Positions 1 through 20,090 of a DNA stretch of 64,000 nt are shown piece by piece. A program made the translations under genes and the position numbers. The stretch lies in the NCBI RefSeq assembly GCF_009914755.1, contig NC_060926.1, one strand, 5' to 3'. Source of the stretch: the human T2T-CHM13v2.0 reference genome, Homo sapiens. The notes below the pieces were generated by a model. That model had not been told where the DNA came from and ran no database searches. It saw nothing but the letters and a program-made list of their open reading frames with translations. The stretch's first letter is position 1. Each line of letters opens with the position of its first letter.

Positions 1-1
1 A

Positions 2-339
<338 letters not shown>

Positions 340-536
340 TCAGAAAGTAGGAAGAGGCCAATCATATTGAAGACAGGGAAACACGAAGTCAAGATGAGGA
401 CTGAAAGACTCCAGTTATCAACCTGTAGGATGGGGTGTTCTTAGGGCAAGCAATAGGCAGATAGGAAAGGACAGAAGCCACATCGGTGTGGTTGATGATT
501 GCATGCCAGGTGTGGAAATGGAGAAAGTGCATATAA

Positions 537-1227
<691 letters not shown>

Positions 1228-1351
1228 GAGAATTGGAGTTTTTAACATTCCATTTTAAGATGGGAGACACAAGTAATCTTTAAAGCTGACAGGAAGGATC
1301 CTGTAGGAAGGAAGAAGTTGGAGACACAGGCAAGAATGGGATGCCTAAGGA

Positions 1352-1477
1352 TAGAGTTGCTAGATTTAGCAAACACAGGACGCCCAATTAAATTTGAATT
1401 TCAGAAAAACAACGAACAATTTTTCAGTGTGTGCCCCAAATATTGCTGGGTGTCTTGTATTTTATCTGTCAATTCCA
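1352..1477. mobile_element. MER53-like hAT MITE, internally deleted
   Basis: Degenerate TIRs (tagagttgctagat / atctgtcaattcca) and the internal motif aattaaatttgaatttcaga. Confidence 0.7.
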
Positions 1478-2019
1478 AAATAGTTCATCTCTAGGTAAAA
1501 GGGTTATAGCCCCAGATGTCCTAGGAAGGAATCAGAGCTCTCAAGTCCTTTCCAGCTGTCCCAGTACAACACTCTGAAATGAATTCCCAGTTCTACCAGA
1601 ACTGTTAACAAGTAGAGAAACTGCTTTGAATTTCAGCTTTTGCGGCTTTCCCATTCGCTCTAGGATGGCAACTGCGAAGAAAAATGCCGGACTAAAAGCT
1701 GTGGAAAAGTTCTAATTTGGAAAACCAGCCCGCAAGTGATGCAGAGGCTTTTGAACTGCAAAAGAGCTCTGGGCGTACAGGACAGTGAGTCACACGGTGC
1801 CTGGTCCGGGCCCAACCCTGGACACCAACACCACTCAACTCAAGGGCAGGTACCCGGCTGCTGCCAAGGGGTCAGCGGGAGCCTGCGCACTGCCACGGCC
1901 CCGCCCTCTTCCAACCTTTCATCCGGGTCTCGGGCAGGGGCGTGTCTGGGCAGAGGGGCGGGTGGTGGCGGAAAGGAAGGATGTCGTGGGAGACTGGAGA
2001 GTGGGGAGGGAAGCGGGAA

Positions 2020-2034
2020 GGGGCGGGGGCGGAG
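2020..2034 (+). promoter_or_regulatory. Tandem GC boxes (SP/KLF sites)
   Basis: GGGGCGGGG at 2020-2028 overlaps GGGGCGGAG at 2026-2034, shortly upstream of the presumed TSS zone. Confidence 0.7.
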
Positions 2035-2061
2035 CAGGGGGCGTGGCGGAGCGGGAGCGCG

Positions 2062-2071
2062 GTCACGTGAC
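2062..2071. promoter_or_regulatory. Palindromic E-box GTCACGTGAC (CLEAR/USF-type), overlapping a TGACGT CRE-like core
   Basis: Exact 10-bp palindrome GTCACGTGAC; TGACGT at 2068-2073. Confidence 0.75.
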
Positions 2072-2087
2072 GTGCGTGGCGACGTGT

Positions 2088-2098
2088 CGGCCATCTTG
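2088..2098 (-). promoter_or_regulatory. YY1 motif near the TSS
   Basis: CGGCCATCTTG is the reverse complement of CAAGATGGCCG, close to the YY1 consensus AAGATGGCG; typical of housekeeping TSS regions. Confidence 0.65.
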
Positions 2099-2154
2099 TG
2101 TTGTTGAGGCTGAGGACTGACTGGGGTTCTGAGACTCCCTGTCCCGGACCGCAG
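2090..2154 (+). other. GIGYF2: GIGYF2 exon 1 (non-coding 5'UTR; TSS position approximate)
   Basis: Donor GCAG|GTAACC at 2154/2155 inside the CpG island; the sequence matches my recollection of the GIGYF2 mRNA 5' end. Confidence 0.85.
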
Positions 2155-3030
2155 GTAACCAGCCGTTCCGTGTCGCTCCCCTGCCCGGCTCTGCTCCGCG
2201 CCCCGGCCCCGCCGCCGCGTCCCGGGCCGCCTGTGTCTCCGGTCCGCGTTCGCGCCCCTGCTCCTCCTGCCCGAGCTGGCCCGGCCGCATGGACACCCAC
2301 AGGCCGCTCCGGCCGGCTTGGGCCGTCAGGCGACGGGACAGGTCAGGTGCAGGGCCGGAGGGAGCCTCCTCCTGGGCGAGGGGCGCTGAGGGCCCTGGCG
2401 CGTCACGGCCGCGAGGAGCCGAGAAGCCCCTAGGCCAGGGCCTCTTGGCATTGCGAGGGGAGCCGAACAAGGCAGGAGGGTTGTGGGGTGGGCAGTGTCA
2501 GGCCGGCTTGCTCGGAGCTGGAGGGCTCGCCTTCCTCTGCTTGCTTCTCCGCGCCAGACACCCGCCCAGTCTCGGGGTGGCCCGGTAACAGCTGCTGCGG
2601 CCAGACAGCTGCTCCTGCCGGCTCTCCTGTCCACACCTGGTCCCTGGGAGGTGCGCTCCTGCCTTCCCCACAGAGCATCTGGACGGAGGAGACTCCTTCC
2701 GTGGCGAGAGTACTGGGTCTGGACCAGGCCTGAGGCGAGGTGCAGCCACCATGATCGGAACCTTGGGACCGAGGCTGGGAAACTAGAGCCCATGGCAGCC
2801 TTGGGGACCCAAATGTTCACATCAGGTTGAAATGGGCATTATCCTTAAGTGTCAGTTTCCAAAAGCACTCTGAATACTTGTTTTGCGACTGAAACATAAA
2901 TCAAGCGAACAGGGAATGGGGGCATGAAAGAAGCGGAGCGTATGACCGTGTTTGGGAAGCAATAACGTTGTTTTGCAGTTAATTATTTAGTACTGTGTTT
3001 TTTATTTTGTTGTTTTCGTTTTCCTGCAAG

Positions 3031-3069
3031 TCAAAGCACTTAAACACACGTAGTCTCTCTGTAAGAAAG
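3031..3069 (+). other. GIGYF2: Candidate alternative 5'UTR exon (or 3' end of an alternative first exon)
   Basis: Consensus donor AAG|GTAAGT at 3069/3070; acceptor ttttcgttttcctgcaag at 3030, with an alternative ttttgcag at 2978. Confidence 0.4.
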
Positions 3070-3654
3070 GTAAGTATTCCAGTTTAACTTGCAAGAAATT
3101 GAGTATGGGGCTAGAAGCTGTGAACAGCTTCCTTTCTAGAGCTACATACATTGAATTAAGGCAGTTTTGATTCCCAATGTTGTGCCTGGGGAAGGTATTC
3201 TTTCTTTATATAGTATGTCCTTTTTAGAATCAAATGACTTCCTAGATTAGAAAAAAAAATTCTGTCATTCTTTCTGTACATTAATTTTGCTCCTTCTAAT
3301 ATTTGTAGCTTTGGCCTTATTTTGTCCATTTTGCCTAGAACACAAATACTTTCTCTTATTCATTGATGGTTTTACGTGTTTTACTAGTTGGTGTAGCAGT
3401 TTCTGATGTGCTCAAACTGGAATATGTACTTGGCTTTTACATCAGATGTTGACAACAGAAGAGGACACTAGAAAAGTATTTAAAAGTGGCACGTAACTGG
3501 AAAAATGTCACATGATGTTTCTTTCGAAATTTAACATCAAGGAATACACTGGTGATGGTAGTGCTTCACCAGAAAGGAGAGGGCTTCATGACTTTTTGGT
3601 ACCTGACAGCATTTGAGACTCTTGAGGTTTGGGAGGGAGAAGGAACCATGTGCT

Positions 3655-4110
3655 TCCATTCATTTGTTTATTCATTCATACATTCATTTATTTGACAGAT
3701 ACCCTGTTGAGCACTTACTACACTGTTAAGTACTGGGAGCAAAACAGACCAAACAATTCCTGTCTGTATGGAATTCATTTCTAGACAGATAAATAGGTAA
3801 AATACTTGATGTAGTGGTAAGCGATGTGAAAGAAAAAAATGAGTCAGGGAGATAGAATAATAGGGGTTTGGGGAGGGGTTAATTTTAAGTGCCCTGAGAA
3901 GGCCTCATGGAGAAGCTAACACTGGAGGAAAAACCCAACAGAGGTGAAGGTGCTGTTTCTTTAGCTATACTGGGGTAAAAGTGCTCTAGGCTAGGGAGCA
4001 GCAAGAGCAAAGACCCGGAGACAAAAGCTTAGGAGCGATTCAGGAGTAGACTGGGAAAAGCATGGAGGCTAGCCTAGGCTGAGAGGCTAGGGTGAGTGGG
4101 AGACTGGTGG
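3655..4110 (-). mobile_element. L2 LINE 3' fragment
   Basis: (CATT)n-like 3' end followed by gttgagcacttacta...; diverged. Confidence 0.6.
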
Positions 4111-5346
4111 GAGATGTGTGTACTTACTGTTTGGTACTAAGATGAGATGGATTATTTGCTATCCTGAATTCTTTTTTCTTATCTCTTGTGATTCTTGGAA
4201 AGGGAAATCAGATTCTGGAAATTTGGGCCAGCAGCCAGCCTCCCCAACCCCCTTAACTCCCATCCCCATCCGCTAATTTGGAAAAATTTAGGATGCTCAG
4301 TATTTCAGGAAATTATAATGAATTATCTTTCTCAAAAGTAAACGTTTTAAAATGAGATTGATGATAAACTGCTTGAAAGTACTTTTCAAAAGCAATTGCT
4401 TTACAAGAAGGAGGCTCTTTGGAGATTTCAGGATATTTGAAAATGTAGGGAAATTAGAAATTTTCCTTTCACATTTAGACACATGATTAAGGAACATACC
4501 AGGAAGAAAGGTGGAAACAATGTATTAACTCAAATTATCCTTAATCTGGTTAGTAAAGAATTTTTCTTAATACTGTGCTGTCCAGCCCGGAGACTCTTCC
4601 TCTAATTCATGTGTATATCCTTCACATTTTACACGTGTAGAACTTTTTGTGCTGAGTTTTTTATTCCTCCACTTTTACCTTTCAGACTAGTTGTCTAGTC
4701 TGATACTTAATAGACATATTTTTTTGCAAAAAACATTTTCTGATTTCCTTCCAGTTTATCTCCATATTCTTTTTACTGAGCTTTCATAAATGTCCTCTTT
4801 CATTTTAGTTCAGCTGAGGAATTTTAATATTTTGGTTTTGAAATGCTTTTGCTGGTGAGATGCATATGTGAAAAACACTTTGGAGTAGGTTTGCCTCAAA
4901 ATCATGAGAAGATGGAAATTACAAGGTCAGTGTGTGAATGCAACTCCTTGGCTAAAAGGGAGGCATAGTGATGGTAGTGATGAGGTAGTGTTTTAACTAA
5001 TTGCCTTTCTTCCTCTTGTTTTTCTATTGTGTTTTTGAAATGACATTTCCAAATTATGTCTTTGATGTCATATCAGCTCATTTGTTTTCATGACTCTGCA
5101 TTTTAATACTCCATATTGTCTCTTCTCTTTTTGTTGACCTTCACATTGGAAGATGACACTGTTGATAGTGATTGCTATCTGGGAGAACCTTTTTGGGTAA
5201 AAAGATTACTACTGTCGCTTTTATGATTGCCCTTCTGTAGGATCTTTGACTTGTGCCATTTTCAAATTTTGACTTTGTTTGCAGTTCTCCATTAGCTCCT
5301 GCTGATTAAATTTCCCATACTTTCTGTTTTATTCTATTTCTTATAG

Positions 5347-5416
5347 ATTATAGTGGGACCAGTCTCATTAGGTTGAATCTACAGCCTATGTTGGTGTTAA
5401 CCCAGGTCTCTTAGAG
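5347..5416 (+). other. GIGYF2: Alternative 70-nt 5'UTR cassette exon with GC-AG donor
   Basis: Strong acceptor ctttctgtttttattctatttcttatag|A; donor GAG|GCAAGT, consensus apart from GC; unique (non-repeat) sequence. Confidence 0.7.
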
Positions 5417-6022
5417 GCAAGTTAAATGTCCATTTTCCTTCAGTTTAAATTACCATGGCATATTGTTTGGTCATTGTTGTAACAGTCTGAACTCAAGCTT
5501 TTTTTCACTGCTTGATTCCCACTAGGGTTTTGTGGTGATAAAGTCCTATGGTTTTTGCATGGGAGAGTATTTAAGAATAAAAGGAAAAATATATAAAATG
5601 AAAAAGAAATAGAAGTTTAAAATAAGATAAAAAAGTCCTAGAGTTTCCATTCATTTTTAATACTTTGAAAAATTACATCTCTTTAAAACTAGAGATTTTT
5701 ATTTCATGTATAAACTTGCTTATAGTTAGCATTGCAGTGTTTCTTGACCAAATATTGTTTTTACATTTTATTCATGCTCTCAGATGAATGAGAAATATAC
5801 TAAATTAATTATGTAGGAATGTAAAGTGATACCTTTATTGAATTGCCTATAGTTTTGTGTGAGGTTGAAAGCAGAAAGAGGTTTGAAAAACAAAGAATGT
5901 TCTCTTAATTGACCAAACTTCATTTTATAAAGGTATTTCAAAGTATTACATACTTCCCTACTTTAAGTAAATAAGGAACACAATTTTATATTTTCTTGTT
6001 AACTATGGGGTTTCATTAAGCT

Positions 6023-7847
6023 TAATTATTATTATTATTTGAGATGGAATCTCACTGTGTTGCTCAGGCTACAGTGCAGCGGCCTGATCTTGGCTCACTA
6101 CAGCCTGTGATAGAGCAAGACCCTGTCTCCTGGGGGTTTGGGGTTGCAGTGAGCCGTGATTGCACCGCTGCGCTCCAGCCTAGGTGATAGAGCAAGACTT
6201 TCTCCAAAAAAGACAGGGTCTTGCTCTGTCACCTAGGCTGGAGGGCAGCGGTGCAATCACCACTGACTGTAACCTCAATCTCCCAGGCTCAAGCCATCCT
6301 CCCACCTCAGCCTCCTAAGTAACTGGGATTATAGGTCCATGCCACCACATCTGGCCAATATTTTTTGTAGAGATGGGGTCTCACTATGTTGCCTAGGCTG
6401 GTCTTAAACCTCTGGTCTCAAGTGATACTCCCGCTTCAGCTTCCCAAAGTGTTGAGATTATAGGCATGAGCCACTGTGCCCCACCAAGAATGCAATTTGA
6501 GAAAGTCACATCCACTTCTGATTTAATTTTGCAAAAAAAGTAGCCATGTTATAATGTCCAAAGGTCATCCAACTTTACCCACTGAACTGTGTAATTTTTT
6601 AAGGGCAGGAGGAAAGGGAAGAAGAAATGGATAATAAACTCTTCTTTGGCTGGGTGCAGTAGTTTACACCTATAATCCCGGCACTTTGGGAGGCTGAGGT
6701 AGGAGGATCACTTGAGCCATGAGACCAGCCGGGGCAACAGAGAGAGACCCCCATCTCTAAAAAAGATTTTTAAAAAATTAGCTGAGTATGGTGGTGCACG
6801 CCTGTAGTCACAGCTACTCAGGAGGCTGAGCCCAGGAGGTCAAGGCTACAGTGAGCTCTGATTGTACCACTACACTCCAGCTGAGGGAACAAAGCAAGAT
6901 CCCATTTTGAAAATAACTGGCCGGGTGCAGTGGCTCATGCCTGTAATCCCAGCACTCTGGGAGGCTGAGGTGGGTGGATCACTTGAAGTCAGGAATTTGA
7001 GACCAGCCTGGCCAACATGGCAAAACCCTGTGTCTACTAAAAATACAAAAATTAGCTGGGCATGGTGGTGCACACTTGTAATCCTAGCTTCTCGGGAGGC
7101 TGAGGCAGGAGACTTGCTTGAACCTGGGAGGCGGAGGTTGCCTTGAGCCCAGATCGTGCCACTGCACTCCAGCCTGGGCAACAGAACGAGACTCTGTCTC
7201 CAAAAAAAGAAAAAAAACTCTATCTGTCTCTATCTAGTTGCTTTCCTGTAGTTAATGAAATTGTCAACTTTAATTGTTAATTATTGTTCTTTGACTTGTT
7301 AGTAGCAGTAAAGCATCATTTGATTTTAGCCAAGAAACTATTTGAAGATACTATACTTCAATTCACTCTTGTCACTTGGAATATCACCAACTTATGGATT
7401 TTTAAGATATTGCCCCAACAGAGCATTAAAGGCAGGTTGTGATTTTGCACACTTGGAGCTTTGCTCCCTGGACATTTTGGCAATGATCATATTTCTGAGG
7501 GCTCAGTGATTATTTGCATAGGATGCATATTGCTGTGATGCGGCTTTTGTTTTTCTGTTAGATATATATTTTTTGAGATAAGGTCTCACTCTGTCACCCA
7601 GGCTGGAGTGCAGTGGTACAGTTGCAGCTCACTGCAGCTTTGACCTCCCTGGGCTCAGGTGATCCTCCTACCTCAGCTTCCCGAGTAGCTGGGACTACAG
7701 GCATGTGCCACCATGCCTGGCTAATTTTTGTAGAGGTGGGGTTTTGCCATGTTGCCCAGGCTGGTCTTGAATTCGTGGGCTCAATCGATCACCTTCCTTG
7801 GCCTTCCAAAGTGTTAGGATTACAGGCATGACCCACTGTGCCTGGCA
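6023..7847. mobile_element. Alu cluster: rearranged AluJ (6023-6485), sense Alus (~6648-6912, ~6919-7217), antisense AluJ (~7569-7847)
   Basis: Alu consensus blocks in both orientations. Confidence 0.9.
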
Positions 7848-7929
7848 GTAGGTTTTAAAAGTTAATACCAAGTCCCTATAATGGGGTTTTGAATGAAAAC
7901 CCCAAATAATGACTTCCCTGAAACCCCAT

Positions 7930-8090
7930 GGTGGTCTTCATTTGACAGCTTCATAAGAATCACTTAGGACTTTTGTTAAAAAATATAGTTTTCAGTCCCA
8001 CTGTAGAACTACTGAGACTTTCTAGATGTTAGGGAACCTAGTTTATAAATACACCAGGTGATCTACTCTTTTAACCAGGTTTGGAAGCCA
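7930..8090. mobile_element. MER5-like hAT fossil
   Basis: agaatcactta...tgttaaaaaatatag...ccaggtgat...tttggaagcca pattern. Confidence 0.5.
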
Positions 8091-8185
8091 TTTTCTGCAA
8101 AGTATATTTATGATGAAAGATTGTACTTTTAAAGTTTCCTAAGAGGTTGCTGGGTGATTTATATTAATATTTTTATTATTTACAG

Positions 8186-8251
8186 CGTTAAAAGGATCTG
8201 AACAAAGTCTGCTCAAATCTCCTGCTGTGAACCAGCAGAATTTTTGAACAG
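8186..8251 (+). other. GIGYF2: GIGYF2 5'UTR exon (66 nt)
   Basis: Acceptor tttttattatttacag|C; consensus donor CAG|GTAAGT; matches recalled GIGYF2 5'UTR. Confidence 0.9.
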
Positions 8252-9159
8252 GTAAGTGTGGAAGGGAAGCACAAAGCCTGAGGGCTTTTGCAAATAGGTA
8301 ATTTCTGCTTTTAGGTTTTAGTTATTTTTGCCCTATTATTTCTCCTGAGGTTTTGGGTAGTGAGAAGAAACTTCTTCCCTGGTGCCTGTCAGATCCTTTA
8401 TGAACAGTAAGAGTAACATACCCTTTCTGCATTGACCCTGGTGTGAATTTGTGTCTTAAACTGTCATAATAATTTTTTGTTGGCAAGAAACAAGGAGGAA
8501 TGCTTTGGAGGCAGGAGTACTGTAAAGAACCAAAGAGCAGTTGACTTCATGAGGGACATGAACCAGAAACTGGGAAGCTTTCAGGAGCCATAGTACTTGT
8601 AGATAGCACTTTTTTACCAGCTGGCCAGTGTCCTCTCTTGTCTCTTTTTGTCCTGCTTTAATTGTATTTGTGCAGTCTGGCCTTTTCTGCTTTAACAAAC
8701 ACAAACTCATGGTAGCAAATGGCCACTTAATTCTTGGAGCCACATATGAACTTAGGCTCTAGTGCCAGTAGCCAATTGATGCTAGCACAGTGTTCACATT
8801 TCATATTCTTGGGAGGGGGAAATTTGGCTGGTTGAACTTGGTTCGGTTCTTTGTCATTGATCACATTAGTTATGGACATAGGGTTGGAGTCTAGAAGTGC
8901 AAGCACAGTTAGCTGAAAGGTCCCACTCCTAATGGTGGGGGCAGGTCTCAGAGAAGGTAGAATGGTGACTATTCTAGGTGGACTCCCAGAGAAGCTTCTG
9001 GACATTTTTCCTTTTCTAGCATTCTAGGAAAATGTCCTGTGTATAGCTCTGCAGTTTCGATTTATCTGTTCTAAAGAGTTAACGTACATGCCTATCTATC
9101 TTTTGGTGAACGAGGCCAGTAGGTCTCACCAAGCATTCTTGTTGAAATTTATTAGTGCT

Positions 9160-16075
<6,916 letters not shown>

Positions 16076-16101
16076 TGTCATTTTTTCTTCTTTCTCTGAG
16101 G

Positions 16102-17515
16102 TAGATGTTAATCAACTTTTTGATCTTAGGATCTCTTTACCCTCTTAAAAGTTATTGAGGGCCCCAAAGAGCTTTTGGTTTTTTAGTTGTATCTATCATA
16201 TCAAGAAATCTAAAAGGTATTAGTTTATTTAAAAATAACAAACTCATTACATGCTAACATAAATATATTTTTAATATGACATACCTATTTTCTAAAACAT
16301 TTCTAAAAATTTGTTGATAAAATTGGCATTGTTTTACCTTTTTACAGATTTCTTTTATGTCTTGCTTTATAGAAGGCAACTGGGTTATATTTGCTTCTGC
16401 ATTCAGTCTGTTGCTATTTATTACTTTGGTTGAAGTATATGAAGGAAAATTATCCTCACAATGATGTATATATATATATATATATATAGTTGTAATAGAA
16501 TTTCAATAGCTTTTACAGATAATTGCAGATATTCTTTGATATTACACTAAAATTCAACCAGCAGTGTTTTTTTTCTTTTTTTGTATTTTTAATTTTTATC
16601 GCTTTACTTTAACACTGCATCACCAGGTAGTTTTTTTTTTTAAAGGTTAGTTGCAATATGAAATCCGAGTTATATCAATAGTTTGTCTTCTGTAAATATA
16701 AAATCCATTTGTCTATCTTCGATGTTGAATGGATATCTTACATTATACAGTATCAAAAAATCACTTTCATTGAAATCAGCACTTATCAGAAAAGCCTTTA
16801 AATATTGGAAAACTTTCTAACTCATGGTGACGAATAGAAACTTTCCAAAATTCCAATTTTTGCTTGAAAGGTCAAATTTTATAATTGGCAACAGGTACTC
16901 TGAATTGTTTTTGTTGAAGTCTCATTCATTTTGAAAAAAAAAGTCTGCTACATATCCTAGTCTGGACACCCATATTGTGTGCAGCTATTCTTTCAAGTCA
17001 AAATTATGTTCCGTGAAAAAAAGCAGCTAGTTGAGCTTGTAACCCAAAACAATTGCATTAAGTATCCTTCTACATGACTTTGTATGCAGTAGAAATGCAT
17101 ATTTCCCATTTCATCATGTAGAATATTAAAAAGATGTATTCCTAGGGATCAAGATTAATACAATTAATAGTTTTTATTCCCTCGTCATGGGCATTCGTAA
17201 TAAAAGTGGCTTTTCCCCCCTCTCTCTTATGAGTACATGCCACATGGCAGTGAAGAATATAGTGACTGCTGGTACAGTTTGTTGCAATTAACTTCAGTCA
17301 TGCTATAGTGCCAGCAGTTTTCCCCATCACTGCACAGTCTGTGCAAGTGTCAACACATTGAAAAATGCAAATAATATTTTGGTTTTTGCAATAGAAGATT
17401 CTCAAACTAGCAAATGAGATCACAATAGTATTTTATAATAGTATTATTAAAAAAACACATCATGGATGCCCTGAAAGAGTTTGGAGGTCCATAGATTGTA
17501 CTTTGTAAACTGCTG
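16102..17515. mobile_element. Charlie1a-like hAT DNA transposon (~1.4 kb, near full length)
   Basis: One end reads caactttttgatcttaggatctctttaccctcttaaaagttattgagggccccaaagagc, the other ...ccctgaaagag...gtccatagattgtactttgtaaactgctg; both resemble Charlie1 termini. No intact transposase ORF. Confidence 0.7.
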
Positions 17516-17699
17516 CTTTGAGGAGTGGAACACGTTTCAATGTTACATTTATGTATGTTACATTGATTTTTTAAAAAACGATTTAAAAACATAAGTGTTT
17601 GAAATTGGAATAAACATATCACTGAAGGTTTTTAGATATTACTGAGTTTTTAGTGCTAAGTAGATAAGAGTTTGTTTATAAGTTAGGATGAGTTATAAT

Positions 17700-19105
<1,406 letters not shown>

Positions 19106-19269
19106 AGATAATGTTCTTCAGTTTTAAGTTTTAGCTAAAACTTTAACATCTGTTTTAATACCTTTAAAGAAGGTAATTTAACATAAAAAATATTAAAGCT
19201 TAGTCTTGGAATACATTGCTTTTTTGGGGGGTGCAGTCTATTTACTTTTAGTAAGTTTAGTCTTTTTAA

Positions 19270-20090
19270 AAAAGAACTTTTCTGAGGTAAAATTTACATA
19301 CAATAAAATACCTTTATTTTAAGTATACTCATTAAGTGTACATTTTGATGAGTTTTCAGAAATGCACACACTGATGTAACTGTTACTGTAATCAAGATAT
19401 GTAACATTTTCATTATCCCCAGAAGTTTCCCCCAGCTGTTTTGTAGTCATTTTTCCTCCTCCACCACTGTTCTGTTTTCTGTGACTTATTGATTAATATT
19501 TGCGTCTTCTAGAAATTCATGTAAATGGAAATCATATTTAGGTCTGGCATCTTTTTTTTTTTCCTATTTTAATACTTTTATGTTCAGGGGTACATGTGCA
19601 GATTTGTTACATAGGTAAATGTGTGTCATGGGGGTTTGTGGTATAGATTAGTACCCATTAGTTATTTTTCCCGATCCTCTCCCTTCTCCCACTCTCCACC
19701 CTCCACCCTCTGAGAGGCCTCAGTGTGTGTGGTTTCCCTGTGTGTCCATGTGTTCTTATTATTTAGCTGCCACTTTTAAGTGAGAACATGCGGTATTTGG
19801 TTTTCTGTTCCTGCATTGGTTTGCTAAGGATAATGGTCTTCAGTTCCATCCATGTTCCTGCAAAGGACATGATCTTTTTCTTTTTTATGGCTGCAGGGTC
19901 TGGTATCTTTTGCTTAACATAATTATCTGTGATTCATCCGTATTGCTGCATGCAAATAGTTTGTTTTTTAATGCCAAGAATTTTCCAAGGTATGACTTTA
20001 CAGTATTTGTTCATAACATTATTTATGAACATTTGGATTGTCCTCAGTTTTGGGCTATTAGACGTAAAGCTGACCTTAATTTCATGGCAT
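19270..20090 (-). mobile_element. Old L1M 3' fragment interrupted by a 5'-truncated L1PA (~19556-19896)
   Basis: L1 3'UTR motifs; L1PA flanked by TSD GGTCTGG(C/T)ATCTTTT at 19541-19555 / 19897-19911. Confidence 0.8.

Larger units (their letters stand above)
1800..2720. promoter_or_regulatory. GIGYF2: CpG island / GIGYF2 promoter spanning exon 1
   Basis: Sharp rise in GC and CpG density against an AT-rich, CpG-poor background; surrounds the first splice donor; no TATA box. Boundaries approximate. Confidence 0.9.

Noticed and set aside
1736-2830. Overlapping Gly/Pro/Arg/Ala-rich ORFs on both strands
   Set aside because: Stop-codon scarcity in a GC-rich CpG island; no recognisable domain; they cross the exon 1 donor.
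9000-9037. Imperfect inverted repeat GGACATTTTTCC...GGAAAATGTCC
   Set aside because: Short and bulged, with no miRNA or snoRNA hallmarks; compatible with chance.
16102-17515. Possible domesticated transposase in the Charlie element
   Set aside because: No long ORF; heavily decayed non-autonomous copy.
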